Below, piece after piece: positions 19,663 to 30,936 of a stretch of 64,000 nucleotides of DNA (its first letter is position 1; the number at the start of each line of letters is the position of its first letter). The position numbers and the translations under genes are program-made. The DNA is taken from NCBI GenBank assembly GCA_963666925.2, contig CAXXTC010000007.1, positions 320,001 through 384,000 on the forward strand, given 5' to 3'. The DNA comes from Phycisphaerae bacterium (GTDB lineage Bacteria > Planctomycetota > Phycisphaerae > UBA1845 > Fen-1342). Below the pieces are notes generated by a model, which worked only from the letters and a program-made list of their open reading frames with translations, searched no databases and had not been told where the DNA came from.

Positions 19663-20627
19663 TTACTCAGCTCCCGAGAAGTCAGATGAGCCGCGGCGGA
19701 CAGCATCTGAATCGTCCGCCGGCCGGGCCGTGGACGAGTTGGTCTCCTCATTACTTTGTGTCACCCACTCGGCCGCCAATTGCGCCACCGAGTCGGGCAG
19801 CTTGGTTCGGCCCGCCAGGGCCGGATACCCCGGCAGATCCATCAGCCGCCGGGCCAGGTCAATCAGCCGCTTGCGCAGTGCGTGCAGCTCACGCCGCTCG
19901 GCCGCGTGCTGTTCACGCTGGAGGTCCATTTTCAAACGCGTTGTGACGATGGCAGCGACCCGTGCCGCGTCGGCGCACAAGTGCGGCGTCGTTTCGCTCA
20001 GGTCGCCATAGTCCTCCACGCTCCTGCTCCACTCCGTGACCGTGCGTCCATCATACACGTGCTGTAGCAGCGTTGCCTGGTAATGCGCCAGAATGCGCTC
20101 CAATGCCGCCCGTTCATAGCGCGTCGCGTACTTGATGCTGAACGTGCGACCGGCCCCCGCCTGGCGCACCCGCGTCAGCGCGATCAATTCGTCCAGCGCG
20201 CAGCCCGCGCGCCTCACGCGACAGCTCATCAAGCTGCTCCAGAACGGCCGGCGGGGCCCGATTGACCGCCCGTTGCCAAGCCCGCAGCGCCCCGTCCAGC
20301 TCCTCATCGTCGAGCAGCTCGAATCCTTCGCGAATCACCTGCGCAAAATCGCGTGCATTCCAATCCGATGCCCGTGGCACCGCCGTCGGGGCCTGATCGG
20401 GCGGAACCGCGACCTCGCACCGCTCCACACGCACCAACAACGCGGCCGGGAACGTGCGCAGAATGCTTCGGGCCCTTCCCATCAATCGCCACGCTGAACT
20501 GCACACACTCCGCCGTCGTGGCTGAATCAGCCGGCCATAGTGGCGGATTCCGCCGCGCAGGTGGCACAATGTCTGCCTGCCCGACTGCGGGCACAGCCAG
20601 TGTTGCCAGGAGTACCAGCCAGCGCAT
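19663..20627 (-). CDS. Hypothetical exported helical protein, split by about 2 frameshifts
   Basis: Signal peptide MRWLVLLATLAVPAVGQA; protein-like sequence passes through ORFs 20304-20648, 20114-20569 and 19663-20307. Confidence 0.55.
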
Positions 20628-20697
20628 GTGTAGGTTCCATGCTGACAAAAGAAGTGCCTAGAGCAGTATTATACGCCCGTGAGCACGAACTACAACA

Positions 20698-21732
20698 ATG
20701 ACCCCGGGGAGCGATGCACCGTTGCAGGCCGGAATCATCGGCAGCGGCGAAACGCTGACGCTGGTGGCCACCGCCGCCGCCGCCTGTCCACATCTGCAAC
20801 TCGTGGGCCAGGGCCGGCATGCCCCCAGTCAGCCGCCCACGCCGACATCCCCTGGTTCGACGACCCGCGCGCGGCCTCGCAAACCAGGCCGGCCTACGCG
20901 CCCTGTTACTGGCCACCGCCCCCACGACGGGGCCGGTGCACTGCGCGACCCTCGCCGGCGAACTCGGCCTCGCCTGCTGGCAGTTGCCCCCCGCTGGCGC
21001 GCCACTTCGGCGAAGCCACCGAGGCGGCCGCCCGCGTCGCTCGCGACGGCGCCTTCCTGCGCGTCGCGTCGTGTGGTGGGAGCACGTCGTCGACCACGCC
21101 TGGAACGAGCCTCGCCTGGCCCGACGGCTTCAGCCCTGGTTTTTCGGAGGTTTTCATCGACGCTCCCGGCCCCAGTGCCGACCATTGGACCCGCCAATCT
21201 CAACGAGCGCCGGGCGGCGGGCGCCCTCATATACGCCGGCTATGACCTGCTCGAAGCACTCGTCGCCCTCCGTGGCCTGCCCGACAGCGTAACCGCCATC
21301 ATCGGCAACTATCGCGGCGGCAACAGCCCCACCCGCGAGACCGAAGACACCTCCACCGCCCTTCTGCGTTACCCCGCGGGCGGCAGCGCCATCATACGCG
21401 TTACCTGGGACCTGCCGCCCACGTCCGCTCGGCTGGTGCACTTCAGTGCCACCCACCGCGTCGAGCTCACCGCCGACGAGGTCATCCTCGCCGATGTGGC
21501 TGGCAATACCCAGGACCGCCAGCCCCTGGGCGGCGATTATCTCGCCGGCGAATTGTCGCGTTTTGTCGAATTGGTCCGCAATCGGGCCCGCGACCGCGCC
21601 CTGCTCCCGCTCGAACGCCACCTGGCAGTCAGCGCCCTGCTCGAAACCATCTACCTCGCCGCACGCACCGGCCACCCCGAATCGCCCGCCAAGCTCTACG
21701 AGGCCCAACGCTGGCCCGGACCACGATCATGA
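20698..21732 (+). CDS. Gfo/Idh/MocA-like oxidoreductase, multiply frameshifted in about 20810-21220
   Basis: N-terminal AGIIGSG Rossmann motif; C-terminal GALIYAGYDLLE...EDTSTALLRYPAG. Confidence 0.6.
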   Translation: MTPGSDAPLQAGIIGSGETLTLVATAAAACPHLQLVGQGRHAPSQPPTPTSPGSTTRARPRKPGRPTRPVTGHRPHDGAGALRDPRRRTRPRLLAVAPRWRATSAKPPRRPPASLATAPSCASRRVVGARRRPRLERASPGPTASALVFRRFSSTLPAPVPTIGPANLNERRAAGALIYAGYDLLEALVALRGLPDSVTAIIGNYRGGNSPTRETEDTSTALLRYPAGGSAIIRVTWDLPPTSARLVHFSATHRVELTADEVILADVAGNTQDRQPLGGDYLAGELSRFVELVRNRARDRALLPLERHLAVSALLETIYLAARTGHPESPAKLYEAQRWPGPRS

Positions 21733-21752
21733 CCGCCCGTTCCGCCAATGTA

Positions 21753-21901
21753 GCTTCTTACGCCGTGCGGGCGTCTGAGCTTGTGAACCAATCGTCCGAA
21801 AGCCAAGTGGGGCGGGCGTCTCGCCCGCCGTTTATGGTCCGCAATCCCAGTATGGCGGGCGGGGCGCCCGCTTCTTCTCTGATGTGGGACTTATGAGAAG
21901 G
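21753..21901. mobile_element. MITE-like element containing an inverted REP-B pair, flanked by TA
   Basis: TA at 21751-21752 and 21902-21903; ends GCTTCTTA / TGAGAAGG; the same right end (ACTTMTGAGAAGGTAC) occurs at about 11852-11867. Confidence 0.55.
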
Positions 21902-24741
21902 TACGTCGGCATTTTCCGGTTCACGCCGCTATTGCTGGTGCTCAGCCTGCTCATGGTCGGCTGCGCACCACCGGCCGCCCGCAACGTCGCGATCTGGATC
22001 GTCGACGAAAATAACGCCCTCACTACCGATACCGCGCCAAACGCCGAAAACGCGATTTATTCCGCCGCCCGCGGCACGGCCCAGCTCACCGCCGCCCTGA
22101 ACGAGACCGTCGCATTCCAGCTCGCCCTGCGCACGACGGCCCCGCCCGCCGGCCCGTTCGACGTGGTCGTTTCCGACCTGGCCGGCCCGGGCACCACGCT
22201 CCGCAGCACCGACTGCGTGCAGCGCTACCGCGTCCACTACCAGCGCGTCGAGAATTTTCACGCCTGGTACCCACAACACACCGGCCAGCCCGCCACGCCC
22301 ACGCTCTTCCCCGACTTGCTGGTCCCCTGGGAGGCTCCTACAGGCGGCGGGGCCTCTCCCGCTCCGCGAAAAACGCAACGAAATCGTCTGGATCGACCTC
22401 CGCGTGCCGCCCACGGCCACCCCCGGCCAATATCACGGCCGCGTCGAGGTCCGCACCGCCGGCAGCAGCGCGCCGACGTTCGTCTGTCGGCTCGGTTTGC
22501 AGGTATTGCCGGTCGCGCTGCCCGGCCGGCGCAGCCTGCCGATCATCTGCCGCGTCGATCCCCGCGACCTGCTCGAACAGCAACTGCGCTGGCCGCGCCT
22601 CTCCGCCCCACAGACCCGCCTGTTGCCCACCACCAGCAGTCACCGGGCCGCCCTGAGCCTGGTCAACGAATCAATGTGCCTGTTGCACGCCCATCGCATG
22701 TCGCCGGTGTTGTGGGCTTCGTTCCCCAAGTTCCACCCCACCGGCCCACGCGACGTCGAGATCGACTGGGAGTCCTACGACCAACTCGTCGGCCCCTGGC
22801 TCGACGGCTCCGCCTTTGACGATCGCGTACGCCCGCGCTACTGGCCCATGCCGGCCCTCACTGGATCATCCCGCGGCCGAGCCCGACGGCGGGCTGGATT
22901 CGCCACAATACGCCCGCCTCCTGGCAGCGTACCTGCGCGAATGTGAGCAACATTTCCGTGCCCGCGGCTGGCTGGACGGCGCCTTCCTGCGCATGTTGCC
23001 GCCGTTGCCGCTCACGCAGGACACCGTCGAGCGCTACCGTACCGTCACCGCCATCGTGCAACAGAGCGAGGCCAATCTGCCCATATTGGCCCATCTGCCG
23101 GCCCGTTCGCTGTCCGGCCTCGGCTGGCAGGGCGCGCCGTCGATCGACCGCCTGCCCGTATCGACCTGGGCTCCGCCGGCCATGTGGTACGAGCCCGACG
23201 TCATGAGCCGCGAACGCAACCTCGGCCGACGAACCTGGCTCATGCCGGACCAGCCGCCCTATAGTGCCTCGCTCGCGGTCGAAGCCCCCGCAATCGACCC
23301 GCGCATCCTCCCCTGGCAGGCCTACCGCTACGGTGCCGAGGCCATCTGGATCGAAGACGCTGCCGCCTTGCCGATCGCACGCGCCCGCGGGTCACAATCT
23401 CGCGGCATGCAGGGGCTCGTGTACGGCGCCGAGAACTTCGGCCTGCGTGACCGGTCGCTGCCGTCGATACGCCTCAAGCGTCTGCGCCGCGGTGCCCAGG
23501 ACATCGAACTGCTGCGTTTGCTCGAGGACAACGGCCAGCGCCTGTTGGCCGAAGAACTGGCCCGACAGGTCGTTCGCTGGGCCGTCACCGACTCGGCCGA
23601 CGAAAATCTCCTGGTCACCCGGCCAGGCGGCTGGCCGCATGATCCCGGCGTATTGCGCCTGGCCCGCGAGCTGATCCTGCGCGAGCTGACCAGCGAGTTC
23701 GAGCCCGACCCCGCCACCCGCCGCGAGCAGCTCGGCACCCTCTCGCGCTGGGGCCTGATGATGAACCGGGCCGACCGCGTCGTGCCGGCAGTGGAGGGCG
23801 TACGCCTGTCGCGCTCGCCCCGCGGTTTGCAGGCCCACGTCCGCGCCCACGTGCGCAATACCACCCAGCAAACCCTCAGCGGGCGGTGGACCGTGCTGAA
23901 CCCGCCCCCCGGCTGGCTCCTCATCGTCCCCGAACCACAACGCATCCCCCCCGGTACGCGTCAGCCCGTGGAGTTCGACCTCCTGCTCGGCGGCCTCGCA
24001 TACAACACCGCCGGCGTCTATCCGTTCGACCTGACTTTCGATACCGAGCTGACCGGTGCGTTTCCGGTCGCAGCCCGGCTCGCGGTGGCCGCCTGCCGAT
24101 CCATCGAACGCCCGCCGCTTATCGACGGCCGACTCGACGACTGGCCGCTCGCTGCCGACAATGCCGCCGCCGACTTTCGGCTGTGCAGCACGCCGGGCGG
24201 CACTTCGGGCGGCGTGGCTCCGCCACCGGCACTGCCGACCCAGGCATTTTTCTGTCGCGACGCCCGTAACCTCTACATAAGCGTGCGTTGCACCCTCCAA
24301 CCCGGCGAGCAGCCCCTCTGGCAGTCCGACAACACCATCCCCGTCGAGGGCATGACCCCCTGGGGCCAGGACGTGGTCGAGATCCTCATCGACCCCCGCC
24401 TCGAACCCGCCGGCACCAGCGCCGATATCTACTGCTTACAGGTCAAACCGAGCGGACTGCTGATCGCGACCCGCGGCTGTCGCACCGAGCCGCCCATCGG
24501 CCGATCGTTGCCCTGGTCCAGCGGTGCCCGCGTCGCGGTCAGCGTCGAACGCGACGTCTGGATCGTCGAGCTATCGCTCCCGCTCGAAGCCCTTGGCGAC
24601 GCCGCCCGTCACAATCCGGTCTGGGGCTTCAACATCACCCGGCTCGACGCCCGGCGTGGTGAGTATTCCTCCTGGTCCGGCGCCCGCCGAACCTGCTACA
24701 CCCCCGCCTCCCTAGGCAACCTCCTGATGCTCGCCCCATAG
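21893..24741 (+). CDS. Large lipoprotein, DUF4091/glycoside-hydrolase-like with a C-terminal CBM9-like sugar-binding domain; 2 frameshifts (about 22350 and 22855)
   Basis: Lipobox LMVGC; SIRLKRLRRGAQDIE; PLIDGRLDDW...WIVELSLPLEAL...WGFNITR; frames 21884-, 22404- and 22816- are contiguous. Confidence 0.7.
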
Positions 24742-24880
24742 CATCCCGACGGGAGCAGTGGGGGCGCACCGCCGGCAGAAGTGGGGCGGGCGTCTCGCCC
24801 GCCATAATCTCCCCGCCTTTTTCAGAGAAAGGGGATCAAGGGGAGGGTTCGCCTGCCCGCCCCATCCCATTGCGCAGCAT

Positions 24881-24914
24881 GGCGGGGGACTGATCGCTCA
24901 GTCCCCCGCCGTTT
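24881..24914. terminator. Hairpin between convergent genes
   Basis: GGCGGGGGACTGA/TCAGTCCCCCGCC stem. Confidence 0.6.
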
Positions 24915-24919
24915 AGGAT

Positions 24920-25447
24920 TTATCGCCGACCAGTCATTCGCCGCATCGGCCCGCCCACCCGAGCCGCGCCCCGCCGTTGCTCAACGTGCCGGGCCGGGGA
25001 CGCAATCCGCGCCCCGCTACGGCCGCGGTGCCACTGCGATTGACGGTAGACGTCTCGCCGCTGATGCACACCACTGTTGCCGACCATCCTCACGACTCGT
25101 CGCCCGCCAGTCATGGCGTGCCCGCGGCCGATTCTCCGAGAAACGTACCGGTCGCGAGTAACGTGGTAGCCGACATTGGTCGCTCGAGCCGGCCCAAAGC
25201 GGGACGCGTTCGCGCTGCTCAGCGCAAGCGTTAGCCCGTTTCGATTCACACCCAGGGCGATCGCGTTCCCATTGTCGGTCGCGACCGCCACGGACAACGC
25301 TCCGCTTCCGCCGACCGCAACCGCCGTCGCCGTCAGCGACGCGCGCCCGTTGCCGGCCGCAATCGCTACCGCGGTCGGCTGCTGGGCCCAGGCACTCGCG
25401 CTCAACGCCAACACCATGCCGGCTGCGTGAATCATCATGCGTTTCAT
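24920..25447 (-). CDS. Hypothetical secreted protein (Ala/Gly-rich N-half, Arg-rich C-half)
   Basis: AAGGAG SD; signal peptide MKRMMIHAAGMVLALSASAWA. Confidence 0.6.
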   Translation of the reverse strand: MKRMMIHAAGMVLALSASAWAQQPTAVAIAAGNGRASLTATAVAVGGSGALSVAVATDNGNAIALGVNRNGLTLALSSANASRFGPARATNVGYHVTRDRYVSRRIGRGHAMTGGRRVVRMVGNSGVHQRRDVYRQSQWHRGRSGARIASPARHVEQRRGAARVGGPMRRMTGRR

Positions 25448-25601
25448 GGCATCACTCCTTGTCAGATGGCCGTGGGCGTCCTCCGTGGACCGCCGATTCA
25501 CACCCTCTGACGATGATGCCGCCCGCATTATTCACCCCCGACAGGGGCGCCAGCACTTCTCCGAGCGATTATCGTGTTAGTTCGAATTCTTCAAATTTTC
25601 T

Positions 25602-26218
25602 TTGAATACCGTGACCAGCCCCAACGTCAACAAAGCGGAGTTGCACCTGGTTCGACTGGCAGCCGCGGGTGACCGCGACGCCCGCCGCGAGCTGTTCGAG
25701 CGCTACCGCGACGTCGCCTATCGCGTGGCCCAGCGTGTTACCGGGCGCCACGAAGACGCCCTCGACGCCGTCCAGGACGGCTTTATCCGGGCCTTCGAGC
25801 GACTGGCCGACTTCCAGCACGATGCCCGGTTTCAGACCTGCTGCTGCGCATCGTTACCAATCGGGCGCTCGACATGATCCGGGCCCGTCGCGTTCGGCTC
25901 GCCGTCCCGCTGGACCGCAGCTCCGACGACCCGCGGGTCCAACTGCCCGCACCGCCGGCCACAACCCGCCCGGCCCGCCGCCTGGAGCAACAGGAATTGG
26001 CCGAGCGACTGGCCCGCGCCCTGGAAACGCTGCCGCCCGACCAGCGAGCCGCCTTCGCCCTCTTCGCAACGGGCGAAATGACATACGCCGAGATAGCCGA
26101 CGCACTCGGCATACCAATCGGAACGGTAATGAGTCGTCTTTATCATGCTCGCCGTCGACTTCAGGGCCTCCTGCCCGACCTGGCCCCCGGCACTCGCGAG
26201 AATAGGACCGCCCCCTGA
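25602..26218 (+). CDS. ECF sigma-70 factor (1-nt frameshift at about 25839)
   Basis: DAVQDGFIRAFERLADF in one frame and MTYAEIADALGIPIGTVMSRLYHARRRL in another; adding one G restores FQTWLLRIVTN. Confidence 0.88.
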
Positions 26219-26269
26219 TCCGTCCGTAGAGTGGCGCCGCCAGCGCCCGCGAATTGTGCGAATGCTCTT

Positions 26270-26782
26270 ATGAACGCAATACCTGGAGACAACCCGGAAA
26301 GACTGCTCGAAGCCCTCAGGAGCGCTGATCTGGATCAGTTCAGCCCCGAGGAGGTCGCTCGCATCGAGGGGCTGCTCAACAGCCGCCCCGATCTCGCGTC
26401 CGTCGTTGGTGAGCAGCCTGCCACCCCCGACGCCGGGCTGGCGAGCGTCCTGCGACAGTCCTCCGCTCCTCAGACCCCCTCTGCATCAGAGTGGGAAAGC
26501 GTTTGGGAAAACATCGAAACCGCACCGGCCACCACTGCGAATCAACCTTCCCGCCGCTGGTTGCATTGGTGGACGCCACTGACAGCGATAGCCGCCGGCC
26601 TGCTGCTCGGAATCGTCTGGAGATCCGCACCAGCTCCGACGACTGCCCCCTGGCCGCTCCAGCTCGCCACCGACGTCGAGATCCAATCCCTCGAAGTCTA
26701 CGGTGATGCGACGCCGATGATAGTCAGCACCGGCGGCACCGACAGCATCGATGTGATCTGGGTGCTTGAAGACGAAGGCTAA
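26270..26782 (+). CDS. Putative anti-sigma factor, single TM
   Basis: Directly after the ECF gene; one central TM helix. Confidence 0.65.
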   Translation: MNAIPGDNPERLLEALRSADLDQFSPEEVARIEGLLNSRPDLASVVGEQPATPDAGLASVLRQSSAPQTPSASEWESVWENIETAPATTANQPSRRWLHWWTPLTAIAAGLLLGIVWRSAPAPTTAPWPLQLATDVEIQSLEVYGDATPMIVSTGGTDSIDVIWVLEDEG

Positions 26783-26851
26783 GCGCGCCAACATGCCGAC
26801 GTTGCCCGTCTACCAACGGGATCCGTGTGATACTCCTCAGAGGAAACGATC

Positions 26852-27316
26852 ATGCTACGGCTGAACCATCCGGCCCGTCTCGCCCTCCTCGTCGCACTGC
26901 TCGGTTTCATCGGCACCGAACTGGCCGCCGCTCTCGACGACAACGAAAACGTCGCCGTACAGGTCTGGGCCATCCGCGCTACACGCAAGAACAGCGTCGT
27001 TTCCCCCGAGCTGAAGAGCATCGCCGACCAGCTCAAAAAGCAATTCAAATACACCGGCTTCAAGCTCGAAGCCCAGCGCTCCGGCACCGTCGGGCTCGGC
27101 CAGACCTACTCGACCAGCCTCATCGGCGGCTACTCCGCCAAAATCACCCCAGAGAAACACGACGGCAAACGCGTCCAGCTCCAAGTCGAGATACTCAAGG
27201 GCAAAGAACGCAAGCTACGCGCCACCGTCACCCTCAGCGTCGGCCGATTCCAGTTCTTCGGCGGCCAGAGCCTCACCGGCGGCGACGCGCTCATCGTCGG
27301 CACCGCCGCCCGCTGA
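26852..27316 (+). CDS. Secreted hypothetical protein in the ECF operon
   Basis: Signal peptide; C-rich third-position codon bias. Confidence 0.7.
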   Translation: MLRLNHPARLALLVALLGFIGTELAAALDDNENVAVQVWAIRATRKNSVVSPELKSIADQLKKQFKYTGFKLEAQRSGTVGLGQTYSTSLIGGYSAKITPEKHDGKRVQLQVEILKGKERKLRATVTLSVGRFQFFGGQSLTGGDALIVGTAAR

Positions 27317-27349
27317 CCAGCCCCATCCCATCACCACCCGCCAACGAAA

Positions 27350-30300
27350 CTACTCAGCAAAGAACCCCTGGAATCCCAGGAAATCCTGCATATCGACGTC
27401 GCTGTCGGTCGTGAGATCGGTGCACTCGCAATCGGGCGCCGGCGTGACCTCCGGGCCCATCAGACAGTCCGCCAGATACGCGAAATCATCCACATCAACA
27501 TCGCCGTCCAGATCAAAATCGCCCGGCAGCGGCCTCTGCACGTACACCTCGAACGTAGCAATGCCCCAGTCGTTAGCGCTCTCTGCGTGCCACGTCACCA
27601 GCCCGCCGGTAGGGGAGATACACGGAGCGAGATCGTCGTAATCATTATCCGTAAGCTGCCGGACATTGCCGTCGATCCAGGCATAGATCTCCCAGTCACT
27701 GCCGTCGAACCCCTGCCAGACGACCAACCCGTCTGAGCTGATCTGCGGGTGCTCATCATGCGTAGCGTTGCTCGTCAGCGTGGTCAGCGCACCGCCACTG
27801 GTTATGCAGCGGATTTCCCAGTTGTCACTGCCCATCGACATCCACACGATCTGGTCATCATCACTGATCTGCGGATACCAGTCGTGGTGTGCGTCGTTGG
27901 TCAGCCGCACTGGCACCCCACCGGTCGCGTCAACGCTGTACAGCTCGGTCGTGTCCGTGGAAATCCAGCTATGCCACACAACGCGCCCCGCCGCGTTGAT
28001 CTGCGGGTACTCATCCTCGTAGTCGTTGTCTGACAGGTTGATCAGGTCCGATCCGTCGGCGTTAGCGCTGTAGATCTCCCAGTCCTCGCCATCGTGACCG
28101 AACCACACCACCCGCCCGGAGCTGTTGATCTGCGGCCAGACATCCTCGCGCGGCCGCTCACCGACCAACCCGTTGTCGGTGATCTGCACCAGGTCCGTTC
28201 CGTCGGCGTTAGCGCTGTAAATCTCGTAGTCGCTGCCGTCCCAGCCGTCCCAGACGATGCGCCCCGCATCATTAATCTGCGGGTGCCAGTCGTCCGTGGC
28301 GTTATCGGTAATGCGTACGACCGCAGAGCCGTCGGCGTTTGCGGTGAAGATCTCGTAGTCCTGCCCGTCAAACGCCTGCCAGACGATCTGGTTCACCGCG
28401 TTGATCTGCGGAGCCTCGTCGATCCAGTCGTTCGCTGTGATGACTGCGACGCCGCTGCCGTCCGCGTTGGCCGAGTAAATCTCGTAGTCCATGCAATCAA
28501 ACCCGTACCACACCACCCGCCCGCTCGCGTTGACACGTGGCTGCCAGTCTTCCTGGTCGTTGTCGGTGATGCGAGTCTGGATGGCGTCGTATGGTCCCGC
28601 CGTCGGCGGCGGACCACCCGGCACGTGCATACCACCCGACTCCTCGTGCACGTTGATATCAAAGATGTACTCATACCAGTTGTTCAGCCGGTGATAACCG
28701 TCGTGGTCGTTCCAGCCTTCCACGTGCGGCATGTGTGCAAACCACCACTTCATGTAATTGCGATGATAGTCCGGCCCACCCCACGTCTCGCAATCGACCC
28801 AATCTGTTTGCCCCGTCAGGTTCGGAAAGTTCAGCAGCCAGTCGTCCGCCGTGCTCAGCACGCTCGTGTAATTCTCGTAATCGTAATCAGTGTCACCATT
28901 CGGCGGGTAGTGCACCGTCCCGCAGGCGGCGTCGCCCGACTGCGTTATGTTGTGGGTGAAACGCTCCCAATCAGTTCGGCTCTGCGTGATGTCCCAGAAC
29001 CCGCCGTGCACTTTCTTGATGTGATCCTCACACCGATGGCCCAGGCTGTGAAGCATCTCGCCCACCCCACGCTCGTAGTTGAAACCCATGATCGCGAACA
29101 GCCGGGCCCCCGCGATCTGGGCAACCGGACCCGAGTTGATGTAATACGCCCCCAGCCCAGCCATCGTCGATTCCCAGTAGCCGAAGTAAGGCGCACCGTG
29201 AATGTGCACTTCGTCCACCTGGCCGGCGTCAACCTTACGCGCCAGGTCGTAGTCGCGGATCACCGCGCGATAGTCGACCGCATCCGGCGAATACCACGGA
29301 TCCCCGTCATACAAGCACCCGAAGTAACTTTCGTCCGTGTAACGAAAGCCCGTTTGCTTGATCGGATAAACGTCCGCGTTGATCTCGTTAACCACGCGAT
29401 GGACAACCAGACCATCGCTGGCCTCTTCCATATCCATGATCCAGTCGGCCGTCAGCGTCTGCGGATCCACACCGTTCCACCAGCCGGGGACGGCATACAG
29501 CCGCTCGACGATCGGCTCGCCGTCGATCTCCTCGATGATCGGGTTGTAGTGGACCGCGAAAGTGCGGGGCAGGTGCTGTTCCAGCGGCGCTTCGGTGCTC
29601 GTGACCTCCAGCCACGCTGTCCCGTGGACGTCACCAAGGTCAGCGTATACGTACGTTCCACCCACGCCCACGCCGGTGGCCAGACCGCCGGCATCAATCG
29701 TCGCCACTTCCGAATCGGCCGTGTCCCAGTCGGCCTCACTGGTAACGTCGTACCGGTCCGGCCCCAGGCTCAGCGACGCTTCCGCACCGTACTGAACCGA
29801 CCCGTCCAACGGGATGGTAAACTCTGCCGGCGTGACCTCGATCATGTTGATGTCGCGCGGAACCCCGCCGATCAGCACCGTGTAGACCGGCGCCGCGGTC
29901 TGCAATTCCAATTCGTAGATGTGCACATAGTCGTCGCCCGACAGACGCTCGACCGTGAAACGGTAGATCCGCCGCGTCACCGGCGCGTCGTTCCATTCCA
30001 CCCAGTTCACCGTCTCGCCCGGGGCTGTCAGCGGCCCGAGTATCTGCACCCACGTGCCGGTCCGACCGTCTAGGTCCTCGAGCGTGTCAGCCGCCTCCAG
30101 CATCCAGCTATGTTCCGGATTCGAAAACTTCGATCGCGCCGCGCCCGTGGTCTGGGGCATATTGAACTCGATCGTGATCACGGCCGGATTGACCGAGGCG
30201 GTACGCATCAGTGTGCTGAAATCCCGGTCGAAGAGGTTGCCCGGGCTGCCGATATCGTAGGCCGGAACCGTGAGCTGAGCTGCACCACCATCGATCAGCT

Positions 30301-30394
30301 CGCCAATCGGAATGACCTCCGCCGACGACGAACTGGCCAGCCACGCGGACAGAATGGTCACAAGGATTGCCCCGTGGATTCGTTTGCTATTCAT
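27350..30394 (-). CDS. Large secreted multidomain protein: Ig-like domain, central globular domain, TolB-like beta-propeller repeats, dockerin-like C-terminus
   Basis: GGGAG SD and signal peptide; about 8 repeats of ITDN..D..PQIN..G.VVW.G.DG.DYEIY; terminal GDFDLDGDVDVDDF. Confidence 0.85.
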   Translation of the reverse strand: MNSKRIHGAILVTILSAWLASSSSAEVIPIGELIDGGAAQLTVPAYDIGSPGNLFDRDFSTLMRTASVNPAVITIEFNMPQTTGAARSKFSNPEHSWMLEAADTLEDLDGRTGTWVQILGPLTAPGETVNWVEWNDAPVTRRIYRFTVERLSGDDYVHIYELELQTAAPVYTVLIGGVPRDINMIEVTPAEFTIPLDGSVQYGAEASLSLGPDRYDVTSEADWDTADSEVATIDAGGLATGVGVGGTYVYADLGDVHGTAWLEVTSTEAPLEQHLPRTFAVHYNPIIEEIDGEPIVERLYAVPGWWNGVDPQTLTADWIMDMEEASDGLVVHRVVNEINADVYPIKQTGFRYTDESYFGCLYDGDPWYSPDAVDYRAVIRDYDLARKVDAGQVDEVHIHGAPYFGYWESTMAGLGAYYINSGPVAQIAGARLFAIMGFNYERGVGEMLHSLGHRCEDHIKKVHGGFWDITQSRTDWERFTHNITQSGDAACGTVHYPPNGDTDYDYENYTSVLSTADDWLLNFPNLTGQTDWVDCETWGGPDYHRNYMKWWFAHMPHVEGWNDHDGYHRLNNWYEYIFDINVHEESGGMHVPGGPPPTAGPYDAIQTRITDNDQEDWQPRVNASGRVVWYGFDCMDYEIYSANADGSGVAVITANDWIDEAPQINAVNQIVWQAFDGQDYEIFTANADGSAVVRITDNATDDWHPQINDAGRIVWDGWDGSDYEIYSANADGTDLVQITDNGLVGERPREDVWPQINSSGRVVWFGHDGEDWEIYSANADGSDLINLSDNDYEDEYPQINAAGRVVWHSWISTDTTELYSVDATGGVPVRLTNDAHHDWYPQISDDDQIVWMSMGSDNWEIRCITSGGALTTLTSNATHDEHPQISSDGLVVWQGFDGSDWEIYAWIDGNVRQLTDNDYDDLAPCISPTGGLVTWHAESANDWGIATFEVYVQRPLPGDFDLDGDVDVDDFAYLADCLMGPEVTPAPDCECTDLTTDSDVDMQDFLGFQGFFAE

Positions 30395-30936
30395 TGCCCA
30401 TCTCCCTGATAGGTCGTCTGCGGAGACCTTCCGTACATGGTCACGCCGCTCCAGTATAACGACACAGGAGGTGACCCAGGCCGCATTAGGCCGCGATCTC
30501 CGCACTGGTGCACACCGACGCAACCCCGCAACCCGGCTAATGCGGGTTGGCTCCGCGAACCTGCCCCGCATCCACGGGATGCCAGGTCCGGTGCCAGCAA
30601 CGCCAGCGGTACGCCGTAAACCCTGCGCCATGACGGAATAACGTCACAGATCGCTGCCAGAAAAACTGAGGAATGGCGAAAACTGCCATCGACCTAAACC
30701 CCCCGTAATTACTAATTTACAACCCGGGGGTATTGAGGTGTTAAAATAGATAAAGTCCGTGTGCGGTCACGGTGTGATTTTGCTTCAAGCTATCTGGTGG
30801 CGGTGCTCGATACCACCGTTGTCACCGTAGCAGAGAGGAGCAGGCGCTCGAGTCGGCACATATCTCATTTCGACATCCAAAGCCGCCTCGAAACCTTGTA
30901 AGCAAACAACTACAGCTTCCAGGAGCCCCGGGACCC

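Noticed and set aside
30785..30813. Autoregulatory sigma-28 promoter upstream of fliA (TCAA-N17-CTCGATAC)
   Set aside because: Spacing and -10 match are too weak to call.
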